Below are positions 53,675 through 64,000 of a DNA stretch of 64,000 nt, piece by piece. Every line of letters begins with the position of its first letter. Within the stretch, counting starts at the first letter, position 1. Made by a program: the position numbers and the translations under genes. The notes beneath the pieces were generated by a model, which saw only the letters and a program-made list of their open reading frames with translations, did not search any database and was not told where the DNA came from. Origin of the DNA: Nymphaea colorata. Its lineage: Eukaryota. The stretch is from assembly GCF_008831285.2 (NCBI RefSeq), contig NC_045138.2:41354001-41418000 (forward strand). Reading direction: 5' to 3'.

Positions 53675-56042
53675 TAACTACTCTAACCCTGACCTAACCA
53701 ACGTGTTCTTGGATAATCTTGGATAAAAATGAAAAAATTTTAAGAAGCAAAAAGTTTTTAGTCTGTTATGTTGTTTGAAAAAAGGTCCTTGGCAAAACCA
53801 TGCCCGCCTTTCGATTATGCAGTTGTTGCCTTTCCGTTAACGGGGTCTCTGAGGTCTGCGGAGGGGCTGCGACCTATTCGCAAAGGGTCAGTGACAAACG
53901 CATGACCGTCTTGTTTGTTTCTACGAGTTGCTCGCTGCCTTTCTATTAACGCTTTTACCAGTGTTTCCGAAGGAGTGATGGCCTATTCGCAAAATGCTGA
54001 ATTTTCCTGCTTTATTGTGCATTCAATTACTTTTCTAGCGTCACATCATAAGAAAGTGCATTGATTAAATTCCTGTATTTAGTGAACGCTTACCAGGCCA
54101 ACTTCTCTTTTGGTCGTCCGAATCATTAACTTGACATGGCAGCACTTACTAGCGAGTGAACCCAATTGCTTTCTGGCTGAAATGACTGAGAATGACAGAA
54201 TCAATCTCTCTCTGAATGATTGAAGAGAACGGAAGACTTTCTGTAGTGGTTGAGACATTAAGGAGTAGTTGGTTTCAGAAAACATGCTTGAAATTACCAC
54301 TTGAATGCACATAGCTATTGGTAATTCATTCCTCCCATGCTCAGACAGAATGCCCTCTCTCTGTCATTGGGTTGCGAGAACGTCTATGCTCTTGACAACA
54401 GAGCTTGGCCTTAGCAGGAAGGAGCGGCGTATGTGTTGTTGGGTGTTGTCTTTTTCTTCTTCCTCGCGTAATAAATATATAGTGACTCATCTGTGGGAAG
54501 CCTTATTAACATTTTAAGCTTGTCTACAATGTAGAATGGTTTCTTTTATCTTTCTCAAATTGGAAGTGGGGTCAGAGCCTTTCGATGCCAAACTTGGATT
54601 TTGCGAAGATATTTCGTGCTTGTTAACAGGTCAATGAAACGTATTATTAGAGCTGTGACTTGCGCTTCTATCAAAGATGCTTTTGCAGACTGAATTACAC
54701 GTGTGAGGTGTGGGTGATCGATGTTATCGTACGTCTGCCCCGGCTTTGGGTTCTCAGTTTGTTTGTCATTGGCACTGCCACATCAAAGGCCTTTTACTTT
54801 TACTCCCTAGAGATATGGAGATACGTCGAAGAAGCTGATGCCCTCATTATTTTCTTTACCCTTTTCCTCTGTCCTGAGGTCCAGAGTTGTTTTCAGGGTG
54901 AAAAGTGAGACACCTGTCAACTAAAATATTAATGATCTATCATTTGCAATTCAAAAGAGGAGCACTTATAAGAATAAAACTGATGACTGGACTTTGGCAG
55001 ATCTTTAATTTCCTGCATACACTTTCTTGCACCTTCTATCTAAATCATTCTACAGTGGCTCCTTATTTCTATGAGATTAAGGGTTGCCATGAGTTTGGAC
55101 TCTCAATGGAAAAAGACCATGCTGCTGACCTTGTACATAAAGGTTTTGAAAATTAGTGGTTATATGAGGAGCCACTTTGGCTGTAACTTTTGGTATAAAA
55201 TTTTAAGACTTCTTTTTCACTTACGAAAATTTCTTTTTTTTTTTTTTGTTGGTAACTTCACCATTTTATCTGTCAATAGAAATTTGTTTCCTAAAAACTT
55301 TGGTTCAAGAATTGCTAGTTCTGCTTTTGGACTTTAGCACTTAAAAATGTCATTAACCCAAGTAACTCACAAATGACCACCGATAAATTGTTCTTTTACA
55401 TTTAATAAGCACTGCCATCCAGTTAGCCTATGCATTGTGGGAAAAGGAGAAAATATTTTTTCCTTAGTACCAGAATAGTTTATCAATTTTTCAGAAAAAG
55501 GCTTTCCTACAAGAGTCTTCATTACATTGGTTTTGGAAAAGCTTTTGATGTGCCCGTTAAAGAAACATCCCTTTGGTGATTCACCTGATCCACAAGTAAT
55601 ATCCTTTCCACTTTAATTTCAAATTGAATTATTTTGGGTGATCTCCATGCCAATCAATGTCTTTCTTCATGATTCAAAACCAACAAACGAAACAGCAAAA
55701 GACAAAGGTACAAATACAAAATATTGTTCGTCAACATGTCCAGCTTTGATTATATTTGATGTTCTAGATCATGTCATGCACAAGCTGTTCGATTTCTTTA
55801 TAGAAAAGGATAAAGGAAGTTGTGGTGACTCTTCTGAAACCTTGAAGGGTACGCATGAAGGGGAAGCTTACAAGGGAACTTTTACAAGTAGAAGAGAGAA
55901 AATGGGAGGAGACAACTGGACAAGCCAAAAGGTATGGACCAAAGCCACCAAATCAAACGGTAACGAAGTATACTCCAGGATGTCAAGGAGTGAATTTGTC
56001 TGCTTACAGAACTGAATCTGCATCAAGTGCTCGAGTTTAGTC

Positions 56043-56180
56043 ATGGAGACATATGATCTCATTAATAATCAGATCTAAGTTTTGTACCAAAGTTTATATC
56101 TGATCAATGCTATGGAGACATATGATCTCATTAATAATCAGATCTAAGTTTTGTACCAAAGTTTATATCTGATCAATGCT
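56043..56180. repeat. Perfect 69-bp tandem duplication upstream of LCYB
   Basis: ATGGAGACATATGATCTC...CTGATCAATGCT at 56043 and 56112. Confidence 0.93.
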
Positions 56181-57138
56181 GGAGTTTGAAGTAAACTCAA
56201 AACATGATTTCTAAAGGAGTTGGCACAATGGATGTGGTGGGGGTTGGTAAGCGGTTGGTCTTAGTTTCAAATATTTGAAGTTTTAACTTCTATGCTGTAG
56301 AAGAGGGGGTGTCTGACTTACATATTGAAGTGCGGCATGGGCGACATGACACCAAAAGTATGGGTTATACGCTTAAGAGGATGAAAGGTAAAGCTGACCC
56401 AATGGAAAATGGAATTCTTTTCTAAAATTGCAAGCAAATTTGGACCTTAAACAAAATTTTCTCTTTCTTCATTAAATAATTTTTTTTGTTTTTCATTAAA
56501 ATGTGAAAACGACTTTTTTAACAAACTTTTCTTCCTGTAAGAAAAATATTTTTGTCCGGCAATAGCTCCGCATCACATATCTGCTATTGTTATTGGAGTG
56601 TAGTGGTGATATGCCCTCCCATTGTGATTGGTTATTTTTGGGAGGCTTGGCCCGCGGGCGCGTGGCATCGCCAAAATCCAATCCTACGGGGAACGGGAGG
56701 ATCTAGCGGATGGCTGCTCTTCGACGACCTATGCCTCAATTGGGTCCTCTCGAAATGGCCCTCACTGGGACTTTCGTTCTTCCAGTTCACTAAATTTGTG
56801 GACTCCTTTATGCTTTTCTCTTTTCCTGTCAAAAGAAAGAAACAGGAAGACCATCTAAAACTGGGGTACTCATCATAAAGTTCCGTCGACGCGGGCATTG
56901 TGGTATCACTTGGGTATGATTAGTTTTCCGTCTTCAGTTTCAGCAGTCTGCGATTTCCACGTTGTAATTCATCTCTGCTCAGTTCTTGCGTATTCAGTGT
57001 TGGCAGTTTGTGATTTTCACGTTGTAAGTAATTCATCCCTCTTCTGAGTTCTAGGAGTTTTTTGCTTGTTTGGGTCCCTTTTGTGGTTCAACTAAGTTCT
57101 GAAGTAGGCAGATTGAGAGTACCCACTTGATAATTTTG

Positions 57139-58665
57139 ATGGGTACCCTCTTGAGAACTCACAGCAGGCTAGAATTGTTTGGCACCACCTTTCATGGTGT
57201 CTCTGAGAAACAAGCTAACTGCTCGTACAAGGCCCAGCACCATCTTCGCAGATTCGGGACTGGGGGAAAACACCCGAATTTTCATAGGGCAAATGGTGTT
57301 TGTAAGGCTAAGACTGCCCTGCTGGACCTTGTTCCAGATGTCAAGAAGGAGAATTTGGAGTTTGAGCTTCCCATGTACGACCCAACTAGGAAGAATGTGG
57401 TGATGGATTTGGTGGTTGTGGGTGGTGGTCCGGCGGGTCTTGCTGTGGCTCAGCAGGTGTCACAATCAGGCCTTTCTGTTTGTTCAGTTGACCCATCTCC
57501 CAGATTGATCTGGCCCAACAATTATGGCGTGTGGGTTGACGAATTTGAGGCTATGGACCTCCTTGACTGCCTCGATACCAGCTGGGCTGGTGCTGTTGTG
57601 TACGTCGACGATCGGACGACAAAGAATTTGCAGCGGCCTTACGGTAGGGTTAATAGAAAGCAGTTAAAATCCAAGATGATGCAGAAATGTATACTGAATG
57701 GTGTCCAATTTCACGAAGCAAAAGTGATTAAGGTGGTGCATGAGGAATCTACATCTTTGCTTATTTGTAATGATGGCGTCACGATCCAAACTAGGGTTGT
57801 ACTTGATGCCACTGGGTTTTCGAGGTCTCTGGTTCAATATGACAAGCCTTACAATCCTGGATATCAAGTGGCGTATGGAGTTATGGCGGAGGTTGAAGAA
57901 CATCCGTTTGATGTGAATAAGATGGTGTTCATGGATTGGAGGGATTCACATCTCAAGGGTAATCCTACCTTAGAAGAGAGGAACGCTAGAATCCCGACAT
58001 TCTTGTACGCGATGCCATTCTCTTCTGATAGGATTTTCTTGGAAGAAACTTCCCTGGTTGCCAGGCCAGGTGTTGCAATGGAAGATATACAGGAAAGAAT
58101 GGAAGCTAGGTTGAAGCACTTGGGTATTAGAATAAAAAGCATAGAAGAGGACGAGAGGTGTGTCATTCCAATGGGAGGGCCGTTGCCAGTTCTTCCTCAA
58201 AGAGTTGTGGGAATAGGTGGGACAGCAGGTATGGTGCACCCATCAACTGGTTACATGGTGGCAAAGACACTTGCTGCTGCACCTATTGTTGCAAATTCCA
58301 TAGTCCATTATCTCAATTCCTTGCAAGGAGCTCCTGTGGATGATTTGTCTGCTAGAGTATGGAAGGATTTATGGCCAATAGAAAAGAGGAGACAAAGAGA
58401 GTTCTTTTGCTTCGGTATGGATATCTTGCTGAAGCTTGATTTACAAGGCACTAGAAGGTTCTTTGATGCCTTTTTTGATTTGGAGCCACGATATTGGCAT
58501 GGCTTCTTATCTTCCAGGTTGTTTCTCCCTGAGCTTGTGTTTTTCGGCCTCTCTCTTTTTTCACATGCTTCCAATAGATCCAAGCTAGAGATCATGGCAA
58601 AGGGTACTCTCCCTCTTGTAAACATGATAAATAACTTGTTACAAGATGACGACTTCAGCAAGTGA
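57139..58665 (+). CDS. LCYB: Lycopene beta-cyclase, plastid, intronless CDS, 508 aa
   Basis: MGTLLRTHSRLEL transit-peptide start, LLDLVPDVKKENLEFELP, DLVVVGGGPAGLAVA FAD motif, WPNNYGVWVDEF, FLYAMP, FLEETSL, HPSTGY. Likely 5'UTR intron at ~56914-57111. Confidence 0.97.
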   Translation: MGTLLRTHSRLELFGTTFHGVSEKQANCSYKAQHHLRRFGTGGKHPNFHRANGVCKAKTALLDLVPDVKKENLEFELPMYDPTRKNVVMDLVVVGGGPAGLAVAQQVSQSGLSVCSVDPSPRLIWPNNYGVWVDEFEAMDLLDCLDTSWAGAVVYVDDRTTKNLQRPYGRVNRKQLKSKMMQKCILNGVQFHEAKVIKVVHEESTSLLICNDGVTIQTRVVLDATGFSRSLVQYDKPYNPGYQVAYGVMAEVEEHPFDVNKMVFMDWRDSHLKGNPTLEERNARIPTFLYAMPFSSDRIFLEETSLVARPGVAMEDIQERMEARLKHLGIRIKSIEEDERCVIPMGGPLPVLPQRVVGIGGTAGMVHPSTGYMVAKTLAAAPIVANSIVHYLNSLQGAPVDDLSARVWKDLWPIEKRRQREFFCFGMDILLKLDLQGTRRFFDAFFDLEPRYWHGFLSSRLFLPELVFFGLSLFSHASNRSKLEIMAKGTLPLVNMINNLLQDDDFSK

Positions 58666-58926
58666 GATTCATTAGTCCTATCTTAAGAATTAAGATAGCG
58701 GTTATGTATTTATCTGAAATTCCTTCTGCCAGCAGTATCTTCGGTCGCAATTGCATGCCTCGAGGGTGGTGAAAGAGGGCTTCTTCCATGCCAAACAGTG
58801 TTAGTGTACTGCTTTCTTGTTTTCAAGTATATGTCACTTGCATGCTTTCAGTGTCAAATTTGTATCTGCAGACTGAAATAGTCATCTGATTATGTATTGA
58901 TTTTATAGCAATTGTTGGTGTTGGAA

Positions 58927-58963
<37 letters not shown>

Positions 58964-59572
58964 ATCAACTTGGTGCACATGGTGATCAATTGGTACATTC
59001 ATCTCAGTTTTAAAAATGGTAGTCTTCTCAACCATAATCACAAATATCACTGGTGGGTTTTTATCGGCAAGGTTTTTCTTGGGTCTAAAATGGGAGTGAA
59101 AAACTTGGGAATTAAAAAATATAAAATAAAATAAAAGTAATTATGGAAATTTGAGTTTTACACTACTTAAAAAAATGATCAAAATCCAAAGCAGTTATTA
59201 AAATATTAAAAGAAACGTGAAATCATTTAAGTTATATTAAATAGTTTTCTGAAGAAAAGACAAAGAGCATAATACAAAACGATATTTTCATCTTGGTTCT
59301 TCAGTTCTACTTTTTTTCAACCCCATTATTTGTTTTCATTATTTTCCCTTTCCTGCTTTTTTTGACAACTCGAATGATATTTGAAACATTGTTCTCAACC
59401 AAATGAGGATTAACTTCTCTTTATCGGCTGATAATGAGGAAAAGGTGTTACCATAGAGAATAAGTGAAACCTTTTTGCAATTATTCTAAGTTTTATTACA
59501 TTTTTAATGTAGTGCAATTCGGTCATCTTATTTTAACTATGCTCGGCAGAAGTAAAATGAATGACTGAGATA

Positions 59573-61786
59573 TTAGAATGATTGTGTTGCTTTTTCATCA
59601 AGCGATTTGGAGGTCAAATCATATGGAGGTGATTCCCTCATTTGCCTCTTTAGCAGGTAGTAGAAATTTGTCTGTTCATCTATGGACTTGTCAGAATATA
59701 GTTTCTTCCCTTGACCTGGTGGTATTGACTGATACTGTCTGTAGCATCTGATCAATTTCTCAGCAATGCTTTTCTTTCAGCTGTTCTTAAGCTGCAGACT
59801 TTCTTGGGAAAATGTTGAGAAAACATTGAAAGCTTTAACTCGAAAAAGTAAAGAAGAAAGTTATGAGGTAACAGGTTTTTAGTAGAAAAGATTTTTGCAA
59901 ACATGAAAGAAGCAAAATGATAAAATTCACAAAGTTATGTGGTTAAATATTGAACAGGGAATTTTTTGACAGACTCAGAAAACTCTTGACTATGACTGTG
60001 GTCAATCTTACAATAATATCCTGAAATTTTGGCTTTCAGTGATACTTTGAGAATATCAGGATATGTTGCAAATATTATAAGCTGGCTTCAACCTGAGGAG
60101 AATGTTAAATATTTTCAAAATATTGGATATGTTTGCCACTATTTACCCAGAGGAATATTCCATTATTTTTCTAATATGTTCTTCAGTATACCATCCTCTT
60201 GGACTATGTTTATTTTGTGTTCCTTCATATTCCAATTTTACCGTCAGAATCCAGCCATGTAACAGTAGGAACATCTTACCAAAATGACTCCATATGTACA
60301 ACAACAATTCATAGTTCTTTGACTTGTTCTGGGAACTATGAATAGTTCTGTGTAACAAGTATGGCAAGATACACAAATCTTTGCTGCAACATAATGATAC
60401 AAGCTCTCCTTATGTCATGATTCTGAAAGGGCCCTTCAAATCAGAGAAGCCACAATGCTCAGCATGGAATATTTCAACTCTAAGAGTATGTGAATCCCAA
60501 GTTTGTTGCAACCAGTGGAATGATACCTGTTTGTGAATCTTTTCCCATGAACTAATTGGCTGCCAAATTGCTCAACTGATTGGGTGAACTCTAACTTCTC
60601 ACGTTATGTTTGCATTGGCTAAAGAAAATACTAATAAAGCAAAATAAAATAAGAAGTCGCTTAATCTCAGTTTCTAGATAAGTGCCGCCTATTTGATGAA
60701 GAAGCACAGTTGTACATGCCATTTCTAATAGAGAGTCATGTGGATTTAATGGTGTTAGACATCCATGGTATTCCAAAGTATTTCAGCAACAGATGTAGGA
60801 ATAAGCAATAAAATTTTCAAATATGCAGTATTTTGTAACCTTTGGGATCCAACATTATATGTTTGAAATTTCCTCCCTCTTGATATAATATGAAATGCCT
60901 AGGCGTGCATATTTCCTTTTCTTAAGACTGACAATCATTTCTATCAGAATATCAATTGTATAGACTGAAAGCATCATCTTTTTGTTATTCAATGCCTTGT
61001 CTGTTTTTAGACTAATTCAGTCAGGGACCATGCGATTCCCAGTCCCTCGATGGTCTGCCATTGAGTTCATTCATTCATTCTTGATGCCATAGAGAAGTTA
61101 TGTAAGTTTGTAAGCAAAACTGTTGTCTTGGTTATGTAGTAAGAGTTTCTCTACTGCCTGAACACACATATGCGCTATCTTAGGCACTGACCAGCTTTGC
61201 CATCAAATACTTATTTTGTAGGCAGATTAACACCTTTCCCTTACCAGTCCTTAACCAGGACTCTGCTTGGTGTCTTGGAATTTCTAATTTTGTGGAATTG
61301 TTCATCCATCGCGTTCTTTGGTAGAGGTTGCCTTTGGCCTTTTTCATATTCAAGCTTTCACCATCAGTCAGACACAGCATGCAGGATTCCTTACTCTTAC
61401 AAGTTCATCAGCAACAGTAGCCCAGAGAAACATTGTTGGGTTGTTCTTCAGATGAATAATTATTGGTTCTGCAATGAGGAAGCATGGGGACTTCTCATGA
61501 AGAGTGCTTTTGGAACCAGAGTAGTGAATTCTCGCTTTTAAGAATAATTTCACTGGGCTAAACAGATGTTTTGTTTGGGAGCATTCTTTGAGGACGCCAT
61601 TTCAATCATCTCTGTGTTTCATTCTCCTTCAATTTCAAATAGGAGTATAACCCTATGGCGGTTATTCAATTTTGCTATTTATGCAGGTGATAATTGCAAT
61701 TCTGAACTGAGCGGATGTCTTTTTTTTTTCAACCAGGCAATAGTTGCTCGTTTCTTGGCCATTAAGAATTCAAAATTCTGGCCGAC
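59573..61786 (-). pseudogene. Decayed multi-exon gene of unknown family
   Basis: Acceptor TTTAG at 61787 then VGQNFEFLMAKKRATIAWLKK...QAESWLRTGKGK with a GT donor at 61233. Further blocks LEYHGCLTPLNPHDSLLEMAC (~60780-60690) and YHSTGCNKLGIHILLELKYSML (~60525), and a last block after CTGCAG at 59792 (KSIAEKLIRCYRQYQSIPPGQGKKLY..*). Many stops and frameshifts. Confidence 0.45.
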
Positions 61787-62095
61787 CTAAATAAAAAAAT
61801 GATAATTCATCTGTAAAATGACTGGTGTATGCCACGCACATTGCATTTTTATATACAGGTGCTGAGGATAAGCTGGGGTCTTACATTGTGGTATGTAAAG
61901 CTATAACCTAAATCATTCCAATTATCTGAGTTTGTGGTGCTTCAGACACTCTTTGTTTGCAATCCGAAACCATGTGCTGGGAGGTCATGAATTAGTTGGA
62001 TAATTGCCAGCTTGTCCTTCAGGTGCTGAGATTTGGTTCAGATGTCCAACCAACTATAAGTCCATAATGGAGATAAGATTCAGTTAGCCATCAGA

Positions 62096-63248
62096 ACTTC
62101 CATTTCTATTGTCTACTTACTCCTCGATTATGTGGTGTACATCAAACATGTATCTTCTATCTCCCAGTATTGCTAAGTTTCCTTAACATTTACAATTTGT
62201 CTCAAATACTATCCTAAGAGAAGGTAAACAGATCACGTTTGCTAGTAAAGACTGATGAAGTCTTTTATTGCTTGTAAAAAAGTTGTAAAGAAATGAGCAT
62301 AGCTTTCCATTATACCCATTATCCAGGGGAATGAATTATAAATCCGTTTTATGTGGCATGTTCAATTACATGTTGCTATGTTACAGCAGAACTTGCTTTA
62401 TCATGCTCACCTAAGGGTGGATGTTGTAACTTGTAACCTTAGTTCTGTCACTTTTTTCTTAGATGGCATGGTTATTAAATGTCTTTACTCATGAATGCTT
62501 GAATTTTTTTTCTGCAAAATTTTAGTGGGTTAATTTAAAAAATGTGATTTATTTATTCTCTTAATTGTGCTGATACTTTTTTGCATGCTGTTAATTGTAG
62601 TAATCATGCATGTCTTTATTCTTTTTTGATGCTAGTTTCCTGCAACTTGATGAAGATGCCTGAAGAGTGTCCTAGGTTTTGCTTTTCTGGTTCATTGGCA
62701 TCTTAGTTTCCTTGACAAAATTTTATCTTCTCCTATATTCAAAAGACTATGTATTAAGTTGATGATCTCTTTCATTCCTTCTCCACCTTGAAGTGGCAAA
62801 ACTTGGGTACTTCCCTCCTAGTTTGAAAACTTTCTCCATCCAATACATTAAGGCATACTCCATCTGTTTTCTATTTCTTGCATGATGTCTTGCATATCTT
62901 TTTTGGATCGTTCCATTTGTTTGAATCCCTTTTCCCCTTTTCTAGGGAATCATTTTCTTATACTTACTGCAGGGTATTTTAGACTAATTTAGTGGTATCA
63001 GCTTCTGAAACTGCACTTCGATTAACATGTCTTTGACATTCTTCTTATCAGTTTCATAATTCATATCATGGTTATCCAGCTGTAGCTACTGCTCTTCTAT
63101 AACCTTGAAATGTTAGTCCAAAAAAAAAAAAAAGTTTGTGAAGAATTTTGGACTTGCTTCTCAAGATAAGAGCGATTAGTATATGACTACAGTGGTAATT
63201 GTTGACATCCTAGCTCTAGACAAGGAGGAACAATCAATTCGAGGTTTC
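62096..63248 (+). pseudogene. Diverged duplicate of the OSCA exon 7 3' end and most of intron 7
   Basis: Colinear with ~50709-51858: ACTTCCATTTCT..GTCTA.TTACTCCT.G.TTA.GTGGT.TACATCAA, AGGGGAATGAAT, TGTTCAATTACATG, TTACAGCAGAA, CATTCCTTCTCCAC, TTTGTGAAGAATTTT. Confidence 0.88.
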
Positions 63249-63539
63249 CTCTAATGCACAGCCTTCTGTGTGACAAATTGGAGTTGAAACCAGAGTTAAA
63301 TAACACATCCAATTCATTTTTGAACTCCAGATTCTTCTTTTTTGTTCCTTTTTCCATTTAAGTATATCAGGAACAGAATCTTGCTCTCCATAAGTGAATC
63401 CATAAGGAAACAGTTTGACAGCTTTTGTAAGTACTTATTTTTCTCGTCTCTAGATTGTGCTTCAGTTGAGTACTGGGACAACATTCAAGCCTATTGAAAA
63501 ATGGATGATTATGAGGTCATTGGTCTTTTTTTTTTGCAG

Positions 63540-64000
63540 TGGTAGCAATGACCACACGACCAAGTTTTGGTGTCAGAATAGGCCTGGAGATCCTTCTCGT
63601 GACAAACATAACAATGGTATGTTTAGAAGTGTCAAATAGTCTTCTAGATGATGTTTGGATAATGGTCTTGCCCTGGTTGTTTCTTGGTCAGCATAGATAT
63701 TGTTTTACATTGATTTAGACTCTATCGCCTAGATTGTGTGTTAAGTAACTAGTGACTTGTGATCAGGTTCCGGAGATCTAGATGCAGCAGCACCTGGTCA
63801 TTTTGCTGGTAATTTCCCAGTTCCTGATGCCCCAACCACTCCAGGACCGTTTGCAGCTGGGCTTGCTCGAAGTGATGGAACAATTCCTGGTGTTGGGACT
63901 GCAATGCCGTTTGCAATGTCGCCCCTTGATGGATCAGATCAAGGACAACAAAGCCATCCAATTCCGGTATCAAACCCCATGTTATCACCACATCCTCCAT
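63540..64000 (+). pseudogene. FY: Fragment of flowering-time / polyadenylation factor FY (WDR33/Pfs2p); continues past the window end, upstream WD40 exons not found
   Basis: Exon 63540-63616 ([26 protein letters not shown]) splices in phase to 63767-64000 (GSGDLDAAAPGHFAGNFPVPDAPTTPGPFAAGLARSDGTIPGVGTAMP..), matching the last WD repeat and Pro-rich region of FY. FY identity is fairly secure; pseudogene status is inferred. Confidence 0.75.

Noticed and set aside
54190..54370. TGACAGA ... CTCTCTGTCA resembling a miR156-family hairpin
   Set aside because: Only ~9 bp of complementarity and no mature miR156/529/535 sequence.
22656..58665. P5CR, OSCA and LCYB as an osmotic-stress gene cluster
   Set aside because: Different pathways and no shared regulatory evidence; proximity alone is not support.
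1..64000. CRISPR arrays, rRNA, prokaryotic operons or organellar insertions
   Set aside because: No repeat-spacer arrays or rRNA-like sequence; the genes have spliceosomal introns.

Overview
AT-rich flowering-plant nuclear DNA with intron-containing genes, annotated by eye; gene names rest on recalled family motifs, not database searches. In order: the last three exons of chloroplast FtsH12; a decayed minus-strand gene relic; tRNA-Arg(ACG); a 9-exon NIPA-type Mg2+ transporter; a gag-less, degenerate Ty1/copia element with both LTRs, non-canonical TG..GA ends and a 5-bp TSD; a 7-exon P5CR whose last intron holds an antisense multi-exon relic; a tandem pair of PB1-MuDR-MULE-SWIM genes (MUSTANG-B-like domesticated transposases); an OSCA/CSC1 channel (OSCA2.5-like) with a duplicated last exon and an apparently missing internal exon; lycopene beta-cyclase; and a terminal mosaic of gene pieces (unknown minus-strand relic, duplicated OSCA exon/intron, 5'-less FY fragment). 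The best candidate for new biology is the MUSTANG-like pair. Copy A has gained an 87-aa acidic repeat tail. Copy B is 1 nt out of phase at its intron, so it would make a PB1-only peptide unless an alternative acceptor is used or the base is a sequencing error.
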